DNA from: Gracilinanus agilis
Lineage: Eukaryota
Assembly (NCBI RefSeq): GCF_016433145.1
Contig: NC_058131.1
Span: 574,676,082-574,740,081 of the forward strand
Direction of reading: 5' to 3'
Length of the DNA stretch: 64,000 nucleotides
Shown: piece by piece, positions 60,151 through 64,000 of the stretch
Numbering within the stretch: the first letter of the stretch is position 1
Layout of the letters: each line of letters opens with the position of its first letter
The notes under the pieces: generated by a model
What the model was told of the DNA's origin: nothing
Database searches by the model: none
The model's input: the letters and a program-made list of their open reading frames with translations, nothing else
Program-made: the position numbers and the translations under genes

Positions 60151-62269
60151 CTGCTGCTATTGTTTTTTACAGTATTTTGTTATTTTAGTTATTGTATATT
60201 TTATTACTATAAAATATAGTCTTTATTATGGTACTATAACTATTAGAATATATAAATACAATTATCATAATATTATGCTTAGATATTACTTATTACATCT
60301 TTAGGTATATAATTGGATCTTAGATATTATTTATTATATATTATAATATTGTTTTATATTATGTATAATATAGTATATTAGTTATAAAAGCACAAACATT
60401 TCTCCTGGTTCTGCTAATTTCTCTTTGCAGTCAATTCATATAAATCTTACCAGGTTTCTCAGATTCCATTCCTTTCATCATTTCTTATGGCATAATAGTA
60501 CCCAGCTGCCCTCAAAAAGCTAAGTAACAATACAAGGAAGTAGGACAATTGTCCAGTGATAAAATAAGTCTAGAACTCATAGATAGTGATTAAGATGGCC
60601 CGAGAAGTCTTCATGTTTAAGCTGGGTCTTGAGTCTTAACCGCTTGGGGATAGCTGGGAAGAGGGCAGGACATTCCAGGGTAATGTCAACATGGAATCTA
60701 AGAGAACCCCAAGTTTTAGGGTTAGCTTGTAAGCTGGAAACCCCAAGTTCATCCCTGTTCCAGTGAGAATTCGCCCAGAGGGAAGTTTCAGATTTAGCTA
60801 GCACTTATAGACTGAATACCAGACCTTAAGATATTTAATAGACCTAGCTAGGTGGAGTTAACAAATTTTAATCAAATGCTAAGTACCCTTTTATCCTAGT
60901 AGTCTTCCCCTTTGTATCAGAGATCCTTCCCTAGAAGACCAAGCCCTGGGCAGGGACCATCCTTTTTGTGTCCATGGTAAATAGCCCCTTCCCAGACACC
61001 CTAGCCTCTGGCTATGGTTCCTTTCTCAAGCTTGCACACTCTCATTTCCTTGTAGCCATGGTAAAGTCATATGTCCCTGTCCCTCAGTTCCCCCAAAGCT
61101 ATATAAGTTTCCCAAATTCTATGGTACTTTGGAGCCTTCAATCTCGCGTGGTTGGCGGTCGTAGGGGTCGGTGGCCAGAGCAGCCAGAGTCTAGGGGCTC
61201 CCTGTGGAAGCCTTGAGAAGTTATGCTGAACCCCTCTCCTTAAGTAAAGATGTGGTTTTTCTGACTATTAAATAGTTCTGTTTTTTCCAGTTCAACAGTA
61301 GGTAAAGATTCAGATGAGCAAGCACAGCTGGCAGCAAGAACTCCTACCATGTTTGTGATCAGGAGATCATAGAATGTGAAAACTGAAAGATGCCAATTCC
61401 TTCATTTTACATATGAAGAAACAGTTCTGCAAGCTTGGAACCAAGATCACTTGCCAGCTCCAGGACCTTCTGTTTTCGCTTTTCTTTTCCCATCTTCCCA
61501 GAAAATGCTCAGATTTTTTTCAGTCTGAAAAGGCCTTTTCTCTGTCTATTCCAATATTCTCTCTGCTTTTTTTTTAATTAAGTTTGATGTCTTCTGTTTC
61601 TTTCATGAGTAGAGCTATTCTTCATATCTTTTCTCTTCCCCATGCAAAAATAGCATTTTTTTTTAAAGAGGAAAAAATATCAGTACAAACCATCAATAGG
61701 TTGAAAAAGCCAGAAAACATATGCAGGTGCTATCTCACCACTTCACCAACAATGTACTAGTTTGCCTATCATTCTACAACTCTTCCAACATTTGACTATT
61801 GTGATTTTTGGTTATCTTTGCCAATTAGCCTAGTATGATAGGAAACCCCAGAGTTGTTTTGATTTGCATTTCTCTTATTATTAATGACTTGGAGCATTCT
61901 TTCTTGCAGTTGTGAATACTCAAGAGTTCTTTTTTGTTTTCAATTATTTGCTACCATAAAAAAATGCGGCAATGATTATATTGTATATAGGACCATTTCC
62001 CCCCTCCCTTATCTTTGACCTTTAGGGTTCTTTGCCTAGTAATGGGATCTCCAGGATAAAATGTATGGAAGTTTTAGTTACCTTTTATTTTTTCATTCAG
62101 ACCTTGAGATACTAGATAAAACTAAAACTGGAGGGTTCATGTCACACTTCTGAGTGTTATTAAGGTAAACTTCCCAGAACTTTTTCTGACAAAGTGCTCT
62201 CTTAAGCATGTTTCTCACAACTTGTGCTTGTCAAGGCAATTACTTATTATTAAAAAAAAAAACACAACA

Positions 62270-62440
62270 GCACAAAAAACAATTCTTACCTTCTGTCTTT
62301 AGAACCAGAAGAGCAGTTAAGAACTAGGCAATGGGGGGGTTAAATGACTTGCCCAGGGTCACACAGTGTCTGGGGCCTCATTTGAACCCAACACTTCCCA
62401 TTTCTAGGTCTGGCTCTCATCCATGGAGCCATCTAGCTCT
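62270..62440 (-). mobile_element. Marsupial SINE
   Basis: aggcaatggggggg...tgacttgcccagggtcacacag...tttgaaccc...gagccatctagct. Confidence 0.75.
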
Positions 62441-62588
62441 CCCTTTGTCAAGCAATTTTTGACCCCAAATATCCCAAATTGCAGAAAAGGGAAGAGAATG
62501 GAATTTGCAAACTATAGACAACTGAGATTGACTTTAATTTCTGGCTAAAAAAATCTAGGAAATTATTAAAGAGATAGTTAATGAACAT

Positions 62589-62850
62589 TTGGGGCAGCTC
62601 CTTGGCACAGCGGTTAGAGTTCTGGGCCTGGAGTCAGGAAGACTCGTCTTCCTAAATTCAAATCTAAACTCAGATATTTACTAGTTGTGTGATCCCACAC
62701 AAGGCACTTAATTAAACCTGTTTGCCTCAGTTTCCTCATCTGTCAAATGAGCTGGAGAAGGAAATGACAAACCCCTCCAATATCTTTGCCAAGAAAATCC
62801 CAAATGGGGTTACAAAGAGTGGGACACAACTGAAACAACTGAATGAGAAA
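62589..62850 (+). mobile_element. MAR1-like SINE
   Basis: ggggcagctc...gcctcagtttcctcatctgtcaaatgagctggagaaggaaatgacaaac...gggacacaactgaaacaactgaa. Confidence 0.82.
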
Positions 62851-63017
62851 CTGTGTCCTTAAAAACCTCCAAGATGGTTAGTGAACTCTCTGTGCATTCT
62901 CATCAGTGTCTTCAGACAATTCTTTCCTTTTTTCCTGCAATCGAATTGTATTCCAAATTTCAGTCTTTAGAGCCTCATCCTTCCTGGGTTGATTTGCCTT
63001 TTAGAAGTGTAGCCCAT

Positions 63018-63220
63018 GGGGCAGCTAAGTGGCTCAGTGGATTGAGAGTCAGGCCTAGAAATGGGAGGTCCTAGGTTCAAATCTGGATTTAGATATGTCT
63101 TAGCTGTGTGACCCTGGACAAGTCACTTAACCCCCATTGCCTAACCCTTACTGCTTTGCACTAGAACCCATACACAGCATTGATTCTAAGACAGAAGGTG
63201 AAGGTTTTTTAAAAAAAAAA
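63018..63220 (+). mobile_element. SINE1_Mdo-like SINE
   Basis: ggggcagctaagtggctcagtggattgagagtcagg...A tail. Confidence 0.87.
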
Positions 63221-63388
63221 AGTGGAGCTCATAGTATCTTAGCTATCTTCCCAAGTTCTCTCCTGGTCAGTTTTCTCTTCTCTACATCTACACTCTTTTC
63301 CTTGGTTATTTCATTTACTCCTGTGGGTTCAATGACCACTTATGTGTTGATGACTATCATCTATCTCTAGTCCTAAACATTCTTTTGG

Positions 63389-63566
63389 NNNNNNNNNNNN
63401 NNNNNNNNNNNNNNNNNNNNNNNNNNNNNNNNNNNNNNNNNNNNNNNNNNNNNNNNNNNNNNNNNNNNNNNNNNNNNNNNNNNNNNNNNNNNNNNNNNNN
63501 NNNNNNNNNNNNNNNNNNNNNNNNNNNNNNNNNNNNNNNNNNNNNNNNNNNNNNNNNNNNNNNNNN
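63389..63566. other. Assembly gap (178 N)
   Basis: N run. Confidence 0.99.
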
Positions 63567-63796
63567 AAACATTATATATAATTACAAAGGAAACCAATTT
63601 ATAGCTAATTAAAAAAAACATTTTACTGATGTGGAGAATGAGGCTTGAGTGGCTAATAAAAAAGAAACTTAAAAAACCTGGCAAAGTGGCAGAGCCATTC
63701 TGGATTCTAGGAGTTCCATTCAGAAAATCCTTTCCACTGAACTGCCTTAGCTTGTTCTTATCCACATGGTAAACAAATACATTGTCAGAAATCTAT

Positions 63797-64000
63797 CTTC
63801 CTTCCTTCCTTCCTTCCTTCTTCCTTCCTTCCTTCCTTCCTNNNNNNNNNNNNNNNNNNNNNNNNNNNNNNNNNNNNNNNNNNNNNNNNNNNNNNNNNNN
63901 NNNNNNNNNNNNNNNNNNNNNNNNNNNNNNNNNNNNNNNNNNNNNNNNCTCCTTCCTTCCTTCCTTCCTTCCTTCCTTCCTTCCTTCTCTCCTTCCTTCC
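63797..64000. repeat. (CCTT)n microsatellite spanning a gap
   Basis: CCTT units on both sides of the N run at 63842-63948. Confidence 0.93.
63842..63948. other. Assembly gap (107 N) inside the (CCTT)n repeat
   Basis: N run. Confidence 0.99.

Noticed and set aside
60100-60380. Very AT-rich TATTA-like segment
   Set aside because: Low-complexity decay with no regular period or defined unit.
46000-64000. Expected SNX1 3' exons (recalled neighbour of SNX22)
   Set aside because: I found no match to the recalled SNX1 C-terminus (..YWEAFLPEAKAIS*). It probably lies beyond the window, so no synteny break is claimed.

Overview
Mammalian genomic DNA from a marsupial. The SINE1_Mdo-like, MAR1-like and L1_Mdo-like repeats suggest a didelphid such as Monodelphis; this is an inference. 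It contains part of the CSNK1G1-PPIB-SNX22 block as I recall it from the human locus. (1) The 3' end of CSNK1G1 (+): three standard coding exons, a candidate 24-nt microexon, a degenerate copy of the short-isoform terminal exon, and a ~6.5-kb 3'UTR. (2) Complete PPIB/cyclophilin B (+; 5 exons, 216 aa). (3) Complete SNX22 (-; 7 exons, 191 aa, one apparent GC-AG intron), convergent with PPIB. (4) A near-identical second copy of 4,234 bp covering SNX22 exons 1-6 and its promoter, on the far side of a 744-N gap; probably a haplotype/assembly false duplication, but a real whole-gene duplication is not excluded. (5) About 18 kb of repeat-rich intergenic DNA (SINE, L1, L2, MAR1, LTR-like) with no recognisable coding exon. 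There are five N gaps. Orthologue comparisons are from memory, not database searches. Repeat boundaries are approximate unless a TSD is quoted. Almost all other ORFs in the supplied track are spurious or repeat-derived.
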